Positions 27,924 to 37,203 of a stretch of DNA of 64,000 nt are shown piece after piece. The notes beneath the pieces were generated by a model that was given only the letters and a program-made list of their open reading frames with translations, searched no databases and was not told where the DNA came from. Source of the stretch: an uncultured Candidatus Rokubacteria bacterium (GTDB lineage Bacteria > Methylomirabilota > Methylomirabilia > Rokubacteriales > CSP1-6); assembly GCA_963762145.1 (NCBI GenBank), contig CAVXJS010000021.1, positions 448,001-512,000 of the forward strand, written 5' to 3'. Position 1 is the stretch's first letter. Every line of letters starts with the position of its first letter. Made by a program: the position numbers and the translations under genes.

Positions 27924-30848
27924 ATGCGGAGCGCGCGACGGTGGATGGCGGTCCTGGCTCTCGCCGGGGCCGTCGCGGCGCCCTCGACGGCGCCGGCCCA
28001 GACCTCGGCGCCGATGGAGTTCCCCCCGCCCGGCACCCGCTGGATCATCCGGACGACCGAGCGGACCGGCGGCACGTACCTCGCCACCTACACCGTGCTC
28101 GAGCCCGGCGCGCTCCGGGGCCAGCCCGCGTTCCGGGTCTCCGACGCGGTCGGGGTGCAGTTCTTCGAGCGCGCGGGCCGGAACTGGTTCGCCACCGTGG
28201 TCCGCGAGAAAGAGCGCACCGGCTCCACGCCCCACACCGGCACGTTCGCGTGGCCGCTCGAGGTCGGCAAGACCTGGACCTCGACCTACCAGTACCGCGA
28301 TAACCAGCGCAACTTCCGCTACAACAACGTGACCACCTCCTGGCGCGTGACCGCCGAGGAGGAGGTGACCGTGCCCGCGGGCCGCTTCCGGGCCCTGCGC
28401 CTCGAGGGCGAGAACAACGGCAACCGGTGGACGACGTGGTACGCGCCAGCGATGCGGATCGTGGTCAAGGAGATCCACGAGCGGAAGGCCGGCCACCCCT
28501 CGGGAGCCGGCGAGACCTCCTTCGAGGTCGTTCGCCACGCCGGGCCGGGCGGCGATCCCTGGTTCGGCTTCGGGCTCGAGGCCAGCGCGGCCGCGGTGCG
28601 CCGGGGCGAGGGCCGGCGCGCGCTGGCCTTCTACGAGAGCGCGGCGAAGGACTTCGAGGCCCGCGGACTGCCGGTCGAGGCCGCCCAGACCTACACCGAG
28701 GCCGCGCGCATCGCGCGCCCGATCGGCGCCACCCAGCCCGGCCTTCGCGCCGGGCTCCGCGCGGTCGAGATCCTGAAGACGGCGCCCCGCACCGATGCGA
28801 CTCTCGGCGAGCTCGCCAACGCCTACGTCTTCACCGGCGCCCTCTACCGGTCGGTGGGCTCGCGCGCCGAGGCCCAGCAGTTCTTCCAGGAGGGCGCCCA
28901 GCTCGTGTCCGCCTTCTCCACCCCGCAGCGCCAGACCTTCTGGTCGGGGGTTTTCGCGCGCGGGCTCGACGAGGTCGCCTATTCCCGCAAGGACTTCGCG
29001 GCGGCCGCCCAGCTGGGCGCCGAGTCGGTCAAGCAGTTCGACCAGTACGTGGCCAGCCGGCCCGCCTCCGGCTTCGACCAGAACCGGCGCAACGCCCAGC
29101 GCAACCTCGCCCTCGCCCTCAGCGTGCTGGGCGACTCCGAGCGTCAGCTCGGCAACCTTGCGGGCGCCACGGCCACGCTGAACCGCCGCGTCCAGGTCGC
29201 GAAGGAGCTGGGGCACAGCGAGCTCGAGCTCGCCGGGCGGAACTCGCTCGGCTATCTCGCGATCGCCAAGAACGATCTCCCGGAGGCGATCCGCTATCTC
29301 GAGGAGGCGAAGCGGATCGCGATCGCGACCGACAATCCGTCCTACGTGATGTGGGCCAGCAACGGCATCGGGCGGGTGCGGTTCCGCGAGGGCCGCCACG
29401 CCGAGGCGCTCGAGGCCTATACCGAGGCGGTGAAGATCGCGGAGAGCCAGCGCGGCTCGCTGCAGGACGTGGGGCTCCGTAGCGGGTACCTGGAGGACAA
29501 GCAGGAGATGTACCACGGCGCGGTGTGGAGCGCGGTGGCCCTCCGCAAGCCCGAGGAGGCCTTCGGGCTGGCCGAGCGCGCGCGCTCCCGCGCGTTCCTC
29601 GACCTGCTCGGCACCCAGACCGTGCTCTCCAAGGGCAAGACGCGCGCGCTGGTGGAGGAGGAGACCCGCCTGCGGGCGCGCCTCGCGGGTGCGAAGGCGG
29701 CCGCCGACGAGGCGGGCGAGGACGACGCGGAGGCCGCGCGCGCGGACACGGAGACCGCCGATCGGAGCTACCGCGACTTCCTGGACCGGGTCCGCAAGGA
29801 GAGTGTCGAGCAGGCCTCGCTGATGTCGGTGGAGCCGGTGAACGTGGCCGACGTGCAGGCGCTGCTGCCCGAGGGCACCACGCTCGTCGAGTACCTGGTG
29901 AGCCGCAACGGGAGCTTCGCGTGGGTGATCGATCGCGGCTCGGTGCGGGTGGTGCGCCTCGCCTCCGGGCGCGAGCAGATCGCGGCCGACGTGCGCAAGT
30001 TCCGGCAAGGCATCGAGGGCCAGGTGCCCCTGCCCGAGGCCCAGAAGCTCGCGCAGGGGCTCCACGAGCAGCTCGTGGCCCCGCTGCGCCCCCACATCAA
30101 GGGCAAGCGCGTGATCGTGGTGCCGCACGACGTGCTCCACTACCTCCCCTTCGGCGCGCTGCGCAGCAAGCAGGATCGCTGGCTCGTCGAGGACTACACG
30201 CTCTCGACGCTGCCGAGCGCGAGCGTGCTGCGGTTCCTCGAGGCCAAGCGCACCGCGGGGAGCGGGCCGGTGCTGGCGGTCGGCAATCCCGATCTGGGCG
30301 CGGCCCTGAACCTGCGCTTCGCGGAGCGCGAGGCCAGGGTCGTCGCCGACCACTACGCGGGCACCCAGATGCTGGTACGCGGCGACGCCACCGAGGAGCG
30401 CGCCAAGGCGCTCGCGGGCGGGGCGCGGCTCCTGCACTTCGCCACCCACGGCGAGCTCAACGAGGCGGATCCCCTCGCCTCGGGCCTCCTCCTGGTACCC
30501 GGGGGCGCCGACGACGGCCGGCTCGAGGTGCGCGAGATCTTCGGCCTCGATCTCCACGCGCAGCTCGTGGTGCTCTCGGCGTGCGAGACGGGCCTGGGCC
30601 AGCTCAGCACCGGCGACGAGCTCATCGGCCTGCAGCGCGCCTTCCTCTATGCGGGCAACCCCGCGGTCGTCACCACGCTCTGGAAGGTGGACGACCGTGC
30701 CAGCTTCGTGCTGATGCGGGAGTTCTACGACGGCCTCGCCAGGACCGACACCGGGCTGGCGCTGCAGGCCGCGCAGCGCGCCGCCATGAAGGAGTTCCCT
30801 CACCCCTTCGCCTGGGCCGCCTTCGGCCTCACCGGAGTCGGTCGCTGA
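27924..30848 (+). CDS. Secreted TPR + CHAT (caspase-like) domain protein with an N-terminal beta-rich domain
   Basis: Signal peptide; VTVPAGRF beta domain; TPRs; AERARSRAFLD; CHAT catalytic motifs LHFATHG and VVLSACETG; HPFAWAAF. Confidence 0.9.
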   Translation: MRSARRWMAVLALAGAVAAPSTAPAQTSAPMEFPPPGTRWIIRTTERTGGTYLATYTVLEPGALRGQPAFRVSDAVGVQFFERAGRNWFATVVREKERTGSTPHTGTFAWPLEVGKTWTSTYQYRDNQRNFRYNNVTTSWRVTAEEEVTVPAGRFRALRLEGENNGNRWTTWYAPAMRIVVKEIHERKAGHPSGAGETSFEVVRHAGPGGDPWFGFGLEASAAAVRRGEGRRALAFYESAAKDFEARGLPVEAAQTYTEAARIARPIGATQPGLRAGLRAVEILKTAPRTDATLGELANAYVFTGALYRSVGSRAEAQQFFQEGAQLVSAFSTPQRQTFWSGVFARGLDEVAYSRKDFAAAAQLGAESVKQFDQYVASRPASGFDQNRRNAQRNLALALSVLGDSERQLGNLAGATATLNRRVQVAKELGHSELELAGRNSLGYLAIAKNDLPEAIRYLEEAKRIAIATDNPSYVMWASNGIGRVRFREGRHAEALEAYTEAVKIAESQRGSLQDVGLRSGYLEDKQEMYHGAVWSAVALRKPEEAFGLAERARSRAFLDLLGTQTVLSKGKTRALVEEETRLRARLAGAKAAADEAGEDDAEAARADTETADRSYRDFLDRVRKESVEQASLMSVEPVNVADVQALLPEGTTLVEYLVSRNGSFAWVIDRGSVRVVRLASGREQIAADVRKFRQGIEGQVPLPEAQKLAQGLHEQLVAPLRPHIKGKRVIVVPHDVLHYLPFGALRSKQDRWLVEDYTLSTLPSASVLRFLEAKRTAGSGPVLAVGNPDLGAALNLRFAEREARVVADHYAGTQMLVRGDATEERAKALAGGARLLHFATHGELNEADPLASGLLLVPGGADDGRLEVREIFGLDLHAQLVVLSACETGLGQLSTGDELIGLQRAFLYAGNPAVVTTLWKVDDRASFVLMREFYDGLARTDTGLALQAAQRAAMKEFPHPFAWAAFGLTGVGR

Positions 30849-30895
30849 CCCTGGCCCTCCGGGGCACGGGACGCCGCGCGCGGGTGCTGCGCGCG

Positions 30896-32716
30896 ATGCT
30901 GGTCGGTCTGCTGGTCTCCGTCGCGGTCACCGCGCTCTCGCGCACCGGCGTGCTCGCGGGCTGGGAGACGCGGGCGGTGGACGCCTTCCTCTTCCTGCGC
31001 GACCGCGAGGCCGCGCCCGAGATCACGCTGGTCCTCATCGACGACGACGCCTTCCAGGCCCTCGGGCAGCGCCAGCCGCTCTCGCGGCGCTACGTGGCCG
31101 ACCTCGCCGACTTCCTGCTCAAGAGCGGCGCGCGCGTGGTGACGTTCGATCTCGTCCTCACCGCGCCCACCGTGGCCGCGGAGGACCAGGCCCTGCTCGC
31201 CACCATCGGCCGCTGGAGCGCGGCGCGGCCCGGCTCGCTCGTCTTCGCCACCTTCGCGATGCCCGCCGGTCAGGACGGCGCGGACGGCTACACCCTGCTC
31301 GCGCCCTTCGCGCCGGAGCTGGCCGGGCTGGTGGGCTTCGCCAACGCGCCGATCGGCGCCGACGGCATGGTGCGGCGCTTCACGCCGGTCCTGCCCCGGG
31401 CGGGCGGCGGATGGCTGCCCGCGCTCTCGCTCAGCACGCTCGCCGCGTCCGCGGGGCTCCCGCCCGCGGAGCTCGCGCGGCGGCTCGCGGGTGACAGCGA
31501 CGCGATTCCGCTCCCGGTGCGTGAGCCGTCCGGCGCCCTCGCCGGGCCGACGGAGACGCCGGTGAAACAGCTCGCGGCCCGCCCGTGGCGCGTGGACTTC
31601 AGCGGCCCGGCGGGCGCCTTCACGACGTTCCCGAGCGAGCCGCTCGTGCAGCTCGCGCGCGCCGGCGTCGTTCCCGACCAGGACAATCCCTTCAAGGACC
31701 GCATTGTCCTCGTGGGCGCGAGCTTCGCGGAGAGCCGCGATACCTTCCCCACCCCGACCGGGCTCATGCCGGGCGTGGAGATCCACGCCCACATGGTGAA
31801 CACCCTGCTCTCGCGCCGGACCCTGCTGCCGCCGCCCTGGTATCTGAACGTGGCGCTGCTCACGCTGGTCTGCGTGTCGATCTCGCTGCTCTCGCTCTGG
31901 CTGCGGCCGGTCTGGCTCGCGCTGGTCGGGCTGGTCCTGGTGGCCGCGCTCGCCGCCGCGTCCTACGAGGCGTACACCCGGGGCGGCTACTGGCTCGACT
32001 TCCTGGCCCCGCTCATCGGGATGCTGATCTATCTCCAGGGCTCCCACATGCTGCGCCGCCGCCGGCTGCGCTCGGCGTTCGGCCAGTACGTGAGCCCGGA
32101 GATCATGGACCGCGTGCTGAAGACCGGCACGCGGCTGGGCGGCGAGGTGCGCCGCGTGACCGTGCTGATGTCGGACCTGCGCGGGTTCACCGCCATGGCC
32201 GAGCGCCTGCCGCCCGAGGTCGTCTCCCAGATGATGAACGAGTACTTCACCGCGATGGTGGACGTCATCCTGGCCCACCGGGGCCTCGTGCAGGACTTCA
32301 TCGGCGACGCGATCATGGCGGTGTACGGGGCCCCGCTCGACGATCCCGAGCACTGCTGGCACGCGGCCCACAGCGCGGTGGCGATGCACGCGGCGCTCGA
32401 GGAGCTGAACCGCGGCTGGGAGGCGCAGGACCGCGGGCCGCTCGCCATGGGCATCGCGGTCCACACCGGCGAGGCCTTCGCGGGGACCCTCGGCGCACCG
32501 CGCAAGAAAAAGTACGCGGTGCTCGGCGACACCGTCAACACCACGTCGCGCATCGAGGACTTGAATCGCGACCTCGGCACCGGCATCCTGATCAGCGGCG
32601 CGGTGCTCGCGGTCCTGAAGGACCGGGTGGTGGTCCGGGACCGGGGCAGCGTGACCGTCAAGGGCCGGCGGCAGCCGGTCGAGATCTACGAGCTCACCAG
32701 CCTGATGGAGGCCTGA
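30896..32716 (+). CDS. CHASE2 domain class III nucleotidyl cyclase
   Basis: CHASE2 (DGMVRR, MPGVEIHA), three TMs, FGQYVSP, SDLRGFT, DFIGDA and GDTVNTTSRIE; start approximate. Confidence 0.9.
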   Translation: MLVGLLVSVAVTALSRTGVLAGWETRAVDAFLFLRDREAAPEITLVLIDDDAFQALGQRQPLSRRYVADLADFLLKSGARVVTFDLVLTAPTVAAEDQALLATIGRWSAARPGSLVFATFAMPAGQDGADGYTLLAPFAPELAGLVGFANAPIGADGMVRRFTPVLPRAGGGWLPALSLSTLAASAGLPPAELARRLAGDSDAIPLPVREPSGALAGPTETPVKQLAARPWRVDFSGPAGAFTTFPSEPLVQLARAGVVPDQDNPFKDRIVLVGASFAESRDTFPTPTGLMPGVEIHAHMVNTLLSRRTLLPPPWYLNVALLTLVCVSISLLSLWLRPVWLALVGLVLVAALAAASYEAYTRGGYWLDFLAPLIGMLIYLQGSHMLRRRRLRSAFGQYVSPEIMDRVLKTGTRLGGEVRRVTVLMSDLRGFTAMAERLPPEVVSQMMNEYFTAMVDVILAHRGLVQDFIGDAIMAVYGAPLDDPEHCWHAAHSAVAMHAALEELNRGWEAQDRGPLAMGIAVHTGEAFAGTLGAPRKKKYAVLGDTVNTTSRIEDLNRDLGTGILISGAVLAVLKDRVVVRDRGSVTVKGRRQPVEIYELTSLMEA

Positions 32717-32717
32717 C

Positions 32718-33671
32718 GTGAAGAGCGTGCTCCCGCTGCTGTCCCTCGCGCTCGGCGCGCTGCGCGCGCCGGCCGCCGCCACCCACGCCCAGACCGGCGA
32801 GACCGCAGCGGTCATCACCGAGATCAAGCCCGCGCGCGGCCGCGTGGAGGTGAAGGCGGCCGCCGGCGGCGACTGGCGGCCGGCACGGCCGCTGCTCGCG
32901 CTGCGCGCGGGCGACGTCGTGCGCACCACCGAGGACGCGAGCGCGGTGGTGCTGCTCTCGGGCGGGCGTGGAACCGTGCGGGTCGCGGGCGCCGCGGGGA
33001 CGCTCACGGTGGCCGGCGTGGCCGCGGCCGGCCAGGGCCAGAAGGCCAAGGCGCTGGTCGACGCGAGCCTGGGCTACCTGGCGGGCACCACCAGGGAATC
33101 GTCGCAAGCGGTGCTTGCCACGCGCAGCATGGCGCGGCCGCCCGTGATCCTGAGCCCGCGCAACGGGCCCGTGCTGCCGGAGGCGCTGGCCTTCGAATGG
33201 CTCGGCAGCCGCTTCGCCCGCTACACGGTGGCCCTGATCGGCCCGAGCGGGCCGGTCATCGAGCGCCGCGAGGTCACCGGCCCGCGACGGGAGTATCCCG
33301 CCGACGCCCCCGCGATCGCCCCGAACGTGCGCTACACACTGCAGGTCACCGCCGGCGGTCAGCCCGCGCAGGAGGCGTGGTTCGAGGTGGTGGACGCGGC
33401 GCGGGCGCGCGCGGTGGCGAACGATCTCACCACGCTCGATCAGGAGCTGGGGACGGGCGTGCCGCCGACCTCGCAGGCCGTGATGCGGGCGGGGCTCCTC
33501 GCGCGCGAGGGGCTCCTCCACGACGCGCGGCGGGTGGTGATCGTCGCCCTGGAGCGGGATCGCGACGAGCCGACGCTCCACCTGCTGCTGGGCGATCTCT
33601 ACACCCGGACCGGCCTCACCACCCTGGCCGCCGAATCCTTCGACGAGGCCCAGTTCCTGATGAAGAAATAA
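32718..33671 (+). CDS. Secreted protein with FecR-like N-terminus and helical/TPR-like C-terminus (DUF928-like)
   Basis: Signal peptide, GRVEV...LRAGDVVRTTEDASAVV, then a beta domain and C-terminal TPR-like helices. Confidence 0.6.
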   Translation: MKSVLPLLSLALGALRAPAAATHAQTGETAAVITEIKPARGRVEVKAAAGGDWRPARPLLALRAGDVVRTTEDASAVVLLSGGRGTVRVAGAAGTLTVAGVAAAGQGQKAKALVDASLGYLAGTTRESSQAVLATRSMARPPVILSPRNGPVLPEALAFEWLGSRFARYTVALIGPSGPVIERREVTGPRREYPADAPAIAPNVRYTLQVTAGGQPAQEAWFEVVDAARARAVANDLTTLDQELGTGVPPTSQAVMRAGLLAREGLLHDARRVVIVALERDRDEPTLHLLLGDLYTRTGLTTLAAESFDEAQFLMKK

Positions 33672-33672
33672 A

Positions 33673-33707
33673 CCCTCTCCCCCGAGAGGAGAGGGCAGGG
33701 TGAGGGG
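33673..33707. repeat. REP-like palindrome, family A, between convergent genes
   Basis: ccctctcccccgagaggagagggcagggtgagggg. Confidence 0.8.
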
Positions 33708-33713
33708 CGAGCG

Positions 33714-34319
33714 TTACCGCGCGTCCGCGACCTGGCCCTTCTCGCGCAGGCGGCGCAGCAGGCTCGCGAACGACTCCGCCTTGATGATGCGATCGAACTG
33801 GCTCCGGTAGGTGCCCACCAGGCTCACGTTCTCGATGAGCACGTCGTAGGCCGACCAGTCGTCGTTCACGCGGTGCAACCGGTACTCGACGGGGATCTGC
33901 GACCCCTTGGCGGTGACGACCTGGGACCGCACCGAGGCCTCCGCGCCGTCCACGCGCTCCCCCACGTAGGAGATGGCCTCCCCCGCGTAGCGGTCGATCT
34001 TGCCGATGTACGTACGCGCGATCAGGTCGGTGAAGAGCCGCGTGAACTCCTCGCGCTCGGCGGGCGAGCGGTCCGTCCAGTGACGGCCCAGCGCCCGGCG
34101 CGACATGTCGGCGAAATCGAACAGCGTGTCGGCGGCCCGGCGGATCTCCGCGCGCCGCCGCTCGGCGGCCCCGGCGTCAGGGGTGGCGGTCTGAGAGAGA
34201 CTCTGCAGCGCTTCGTCCACTCGCGATTTCACGGTCTCGGTCGGCGTCAGGGCGGCCGCGACGGTCGCGGTCAGGCCCACGAGCAGCGCGGCGGTCATGG
34301 TCATCAGGGTGCGTCGCAT
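33714..34319 (-). CDS. MlaC/Ttg2D family lipid-binding periplasmic protein
   Basis: FDFADMSRRALGRHW and YDVLIENVSLVGTYRSQF. Confidence 0.9.
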   Translation of the reverse strand: MRRTLMTMTAALLVGLTATVAAALTPTETVKSRVDEALQSLSQTATPDAGAAERRRAEIRRAADTLFDFADMSRRALGRHWTDRSPAEREEFTRLFTDLIARTYIGKIDRYAGEAISYVGERVDGAEASVRSQVVTAKGSQIPVEYRLHRVNDDWSAYDVLIENVSLVGTYRSQFDRIIKAESFASLLRRLREKGQVADAR

Positions 34320-34439
34320 GTTGCCTCCAGAGGGTTTGGGGGAATCACCAGCACTGTCCGATTCGACGGGCTGCGTGGGCGTGTATTCCCACCTTACCGT
34401 GCTTTCATTTCTGATGCCCGCCGGGGGACAATAGTTCCC

Positions 34440-35288
34440 ATGAATCGCGATATTGCGGCGAGCCGGCGCGGCGAGCGGCCGCTCGTGGTGGTGGATCTGG
34501 GCGGCACCTGGGTGCGCGTGGCCCTCTCGGGCGCCGCGCCGCGCGTCTACCGGGGACGGACTCCGGGCGTGGCGGGCCTGCCCGGGCTGCTCGCGCGCCT
34601 CTGGCGCCGCTGGCGCCTGTCGCGCCGCGACCTGGCCGCCCTCGGCGTCGCCTCGCGCGGCATCTGGACCCGCGGCGAGCGCCAGGCCCTGGCGAGGCGC
34701 CTGCGCCGCTTCGCTCCGCGCGTGGTCGTGATCTCGGACGTGGAGGCCGCCTACCTCGCCGCGCTCGGCGCGGTCCCGGGCGTGCTGCTCCTCGCGGGCA
34801 CGGGCTCGATCGCGCTCGGACGCGATCGACGGGGACGGCTCGCGCGCGCGGGCGGTCTCGGGCCGCTGCTGGGCGACGATGGCTCCGCGTTCTCGATCGG
34901 CCGCGCCTGGCTGCGCGACGCGGAGTCTCCCGCGCGCGCACGGCGAATCGCGACGGCCCCCGACGCGATCGCGCGCGTGGCGGCCCTCGCGCCCGGCGTC
35001 CTGCGCCGCGCGCGCCGCGGAGACCGGACCGCCCGCCGCGTCGTGCGGGACGCGCAGCGGTCGCTCGCGGCCCTCGCGGCGGGCACCGCGCGCGCGCTGC
35101 GGCTGCGCCCGCCGATCACGCTGAGCTGGGCCGGCGGGCTGCTGGGCAACGCGGCGTTCCGGGCCGGCGTCTGGCGTGACCTGCGCGCCCAGGGTCTCCG
35201 GGTGCGGCCGCGTCGCCCGATGGCGCCGGCCGCGAGCCCGGCCGCCTGGCGCGCGGTCTTTCCAGGGATTACCTCGCCGCGCGCGTGA
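34440..35288 (+). CDS. BadF/BadG/BcrA/BcrD-type sugar kinase (GlcNAc/MurNAc kinase-like)
   Basis: DLGGT, SDVEAA, AGTGSIA and RAGGLGPLLGDDGSA. Confidence 0.8.
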   Translation: MNRDIAASRRGERPLVVVDLGGTWVRVALSGAAPRVYRGRTPGVAGLPGLLARLWRRWRLSRRDLAALGVASRGIWTRGERQALARRLRRFAPRVVVISDVEAAYLAALGAVPGVLLLAGTGSIALGRDRRGRLARAGGLGPLLGDDGSAFSIGRAWLRDAESPARARRIATAPDAIARVAALAPGVLRRARRGDRTARRVVRDAQRSLAALAAGTARALRLRPPITLSWAGGLLGNAAFRAGVWRDLRAQGLRVRPRRPMAPAASPAAWRAVFPGITSPRA

Positions 35289-36573
35289 CGGGCGCCCGCC
35301 AGAGCAGGTAGGCGAGCGGGCCGGTCAGCGCCGCGGCGACCCCGATCGCGGTGTTCGTCCACCCCGCGGTCGCCATCGCGAGCAGGCAGCAGCAGGACGG
35401 CAGCAGCGCCACCAGCCACATCCCGGCCCGGCCGCCGCCCACCCGCCACGGCCGCGGCAGCTCCGGCTCGCGGAGGCGCAGGGCCACGAACGCGGCCAGC
35501 TCCAGGAGCAGCGTGATCGAGTACAGCCAGATGTTCAGGACGATCAGCTCCTTGAAGCTCCAGAACGCGCAGACGCTGTACGCGACACTGGACAGGACCA
35601 CCGCGCCCCACGGCGTGGCGAAGCGCGGGTGGAGCCGCCCCAGCGCGGCCGGCATCTGGCCGGCCAGGGCCAGCACGTAGGGCAAGCGCGAGTTGGTGAG
35701 GAGCAGCGACAGGAAGAGCCCCACGGTGGCGAGCACCGCGCCGACCGCGACCAGGTTGGCGAGCCACGGCCCGCCGAGCGCCGCGGCGACCACCGGCCAG
35801 TGCCCGGTGTCCCAGTCCTCCCAGCCATCCACCGCCGAGAGGCTGGCCGCCACCGGCAGCACGTAGGCGAGCGTGATCAGGGGCAGCGCGACCCACACCG
35901 CGCGGCGAAAGCTCGGGCCCGGATCGCGCGTCTCGCCGAGCGTGGTGGTGGGCGCGTCCCAGCCCGAGTAGTTCCACATCATGATCGCGAGCCCCAGGCC
36001 GAGCCCGGTGAGCAGGCTCCCCTCCTCCGCCGCGAACGGGCGCCACGGGACCTCGCGGAGCTGCGTGCCCGCGAGCGCGGTGAGCACGACGACCGGCAGG
36101 AGCGACAGGCCCGCCATCGCCACCGCGACCCGGCCGGTGATGCGCACGCCCGCGAGGTTGATCGCGGTGAGGGTCCAGATGAAGGCGAGCACGAGGGCCC
36201 AGCGCTCGAGCGGGGACATGTGAGGGCGCCAGAAGCCGACGTAGTCCGCGAAGAGCGCGGGATAGACCGCCACGTCCACGAAGCTGTTGATCCAGCTCCA
36301 CCAGCCGGCCTGGAAGCTCCAGAAGCGGCCGAAGGCGCGCCGCACCCAGACCACGTAGCCGCCTTCTTCCGGGAGCGCGGCGGCGAGCTCCGCCATCGCG
36401 AGGCCAACGGGCAGGCTCCAGACCAGCGGAGTCACGAGCAGGAGGACCAGCGCGAGACCGGGGCCGAGGGTGCCGATCGCGTCCTCGAGCCCGTACGGAC
36501 CCCCGCTGACGTTGAAGAAGACGATGGCGACGAGGGAGAGGAGCCCGATCTCCCCTCGTCGGCGGGACCTCAC
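35269..36573 (-). CDS. APC family amino acid/polyamine permease
   Basis: FFNVSGGPYGLE, ELAAALPEEGG and WNYSGWD; GTG start overlaps the upstream stop. Confidence 0.88.
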   Translation of the reverse strand: MRSRRRGEIGLLSLVAIVFFNVSGGPYGLEDAIGTLGPGLALVLLLVTPLVWSLPVGLAMAELAAALPEEGGYVVWVRRAFGRFWSFQAGWWSWINSFVDVAVYPALFADYVGFWRPHMSPLERWALVLAFIWTLTAINLAGVRITGRVAVAMAGLSLLPVVVLTALAGTQLREVPWRPFAAEEGSLLTGLGLGLAIMMWNYSGWDAPTTTLGETRDPGPSFRRAVWVALPLITLAYVLPVAASLSAVDGWEDWDTGHWPVVAAALGGPWLANLVAVGAVLATVGLFLSLLLTNSRLPYVLALAGQMPAALGRLHPRFATPWGAVVLSSVAYSVCAFWSFKELIVLNIWLYSITLLLELAAFVALRLREPELPRPWRVGGGRAGMWLVALLPSCCCLLAMATAGWTNTAIGVAAALTGPLAYLLWRAPVTRAAR

Positions 36574-36788
36574 GCCATGGCGGCTCGGATCAGCGCGGGC
36601 AGTCCCTCGAGCCACTCGTCCAGTGGCGTCTCCGCGTCCACCGTGATCTCGAACTTGCCGCTCGGCAGCTTGCGCACGCGGCCCTTGCCGGTGCCGAGCG
36701 GGATCACGAGCGCTTCACGGTGCACCCCGAGGGCGTCGGTGACCGCGAAGATCTTGTTGATCTCGGCCATGCCCACCGCCTCGAGCAT
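36570..36788 (-). CDS. Small hypothetical protein
   Basis: 72 aa with typical codon bias, translationally coupled on both sides. Confidence 0.7.
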   Translation of the reverse strand: MLEAVGMAEINKIFAVTDALGVHREALVIPLGTGKGRVRKLPSGKFEITVDAETPLDEWLEGLPALIRAAMA

Positions 36789-37138
36789 CAGGGAGCGCTC
36801 GGGGAACGCTCACCGCCCGGCACCAGCACCGGGGCCCGTCCATCGGGGGTGGTGACGACGAGCGGGGGGACCTCGACGCGCTGGCCGTTGACGTAACGCT
36901 CGTAGTGGCCGGGCACGAGCACCTCGCGCCCCAGGCTCGGCGAGTACACGCTGGCGGGCGGCACGTAGCGCTCGGTGGGCCGCGCGGGCATGGGCAGCGT
37001 GCTGAAGGGCTGGGTGGCGAGCCCGCGGGCCCGATCGATGGCGTCGGGCCGGCGGCCTCCGGGCAGGCCCTGCGCGGCGGCGGGCGCCGCGGCCAGCAGC
37101 AAGATTCCGATCACGATCGCGCGCATCGGGCTCATCAC
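36788..37138 (-). CDS. Exported proline-rich hypothetical protein
   Basis: Signal peptide MRAIVIGILLLAAAPAAA; -10 box TACGCT 7 nt before the GTG. Confidence 0.6.
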   Translation of the reverse strand: MMSPMRAIVIGILLLAAAPAAAQGLPGGRRPDAIDRARGLATQPFSTLPMPARPTERYVPPASVYSPSLGREVLVPGHYERYVNGQRVEVPPLVVTTPDGRAPVLVPGGERSPSAP

Positions 37139-37203
37139 GTCGCCCAGCGTAGCGCCGGCAATGCGGATGCGCAAGGCGAGGCGTCCGTGCTAGGCTCGAG
37201 AGC

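Noticed and set aside
27822-30803. Very long antisense or alternate-frame ORFs (e.g. 27822..30803-, 40495..44130-, 60155..62974-)
   Set aside because: Shadow ORFs expected in high-GC DNA opposite real genes; no recognisable motifs.
34402-34420. Possible sigma54 promoter for the mlaC-like gene (GGGCATCAGAAATGA)
   Set aside because: Lacks the conserved -12 GC.
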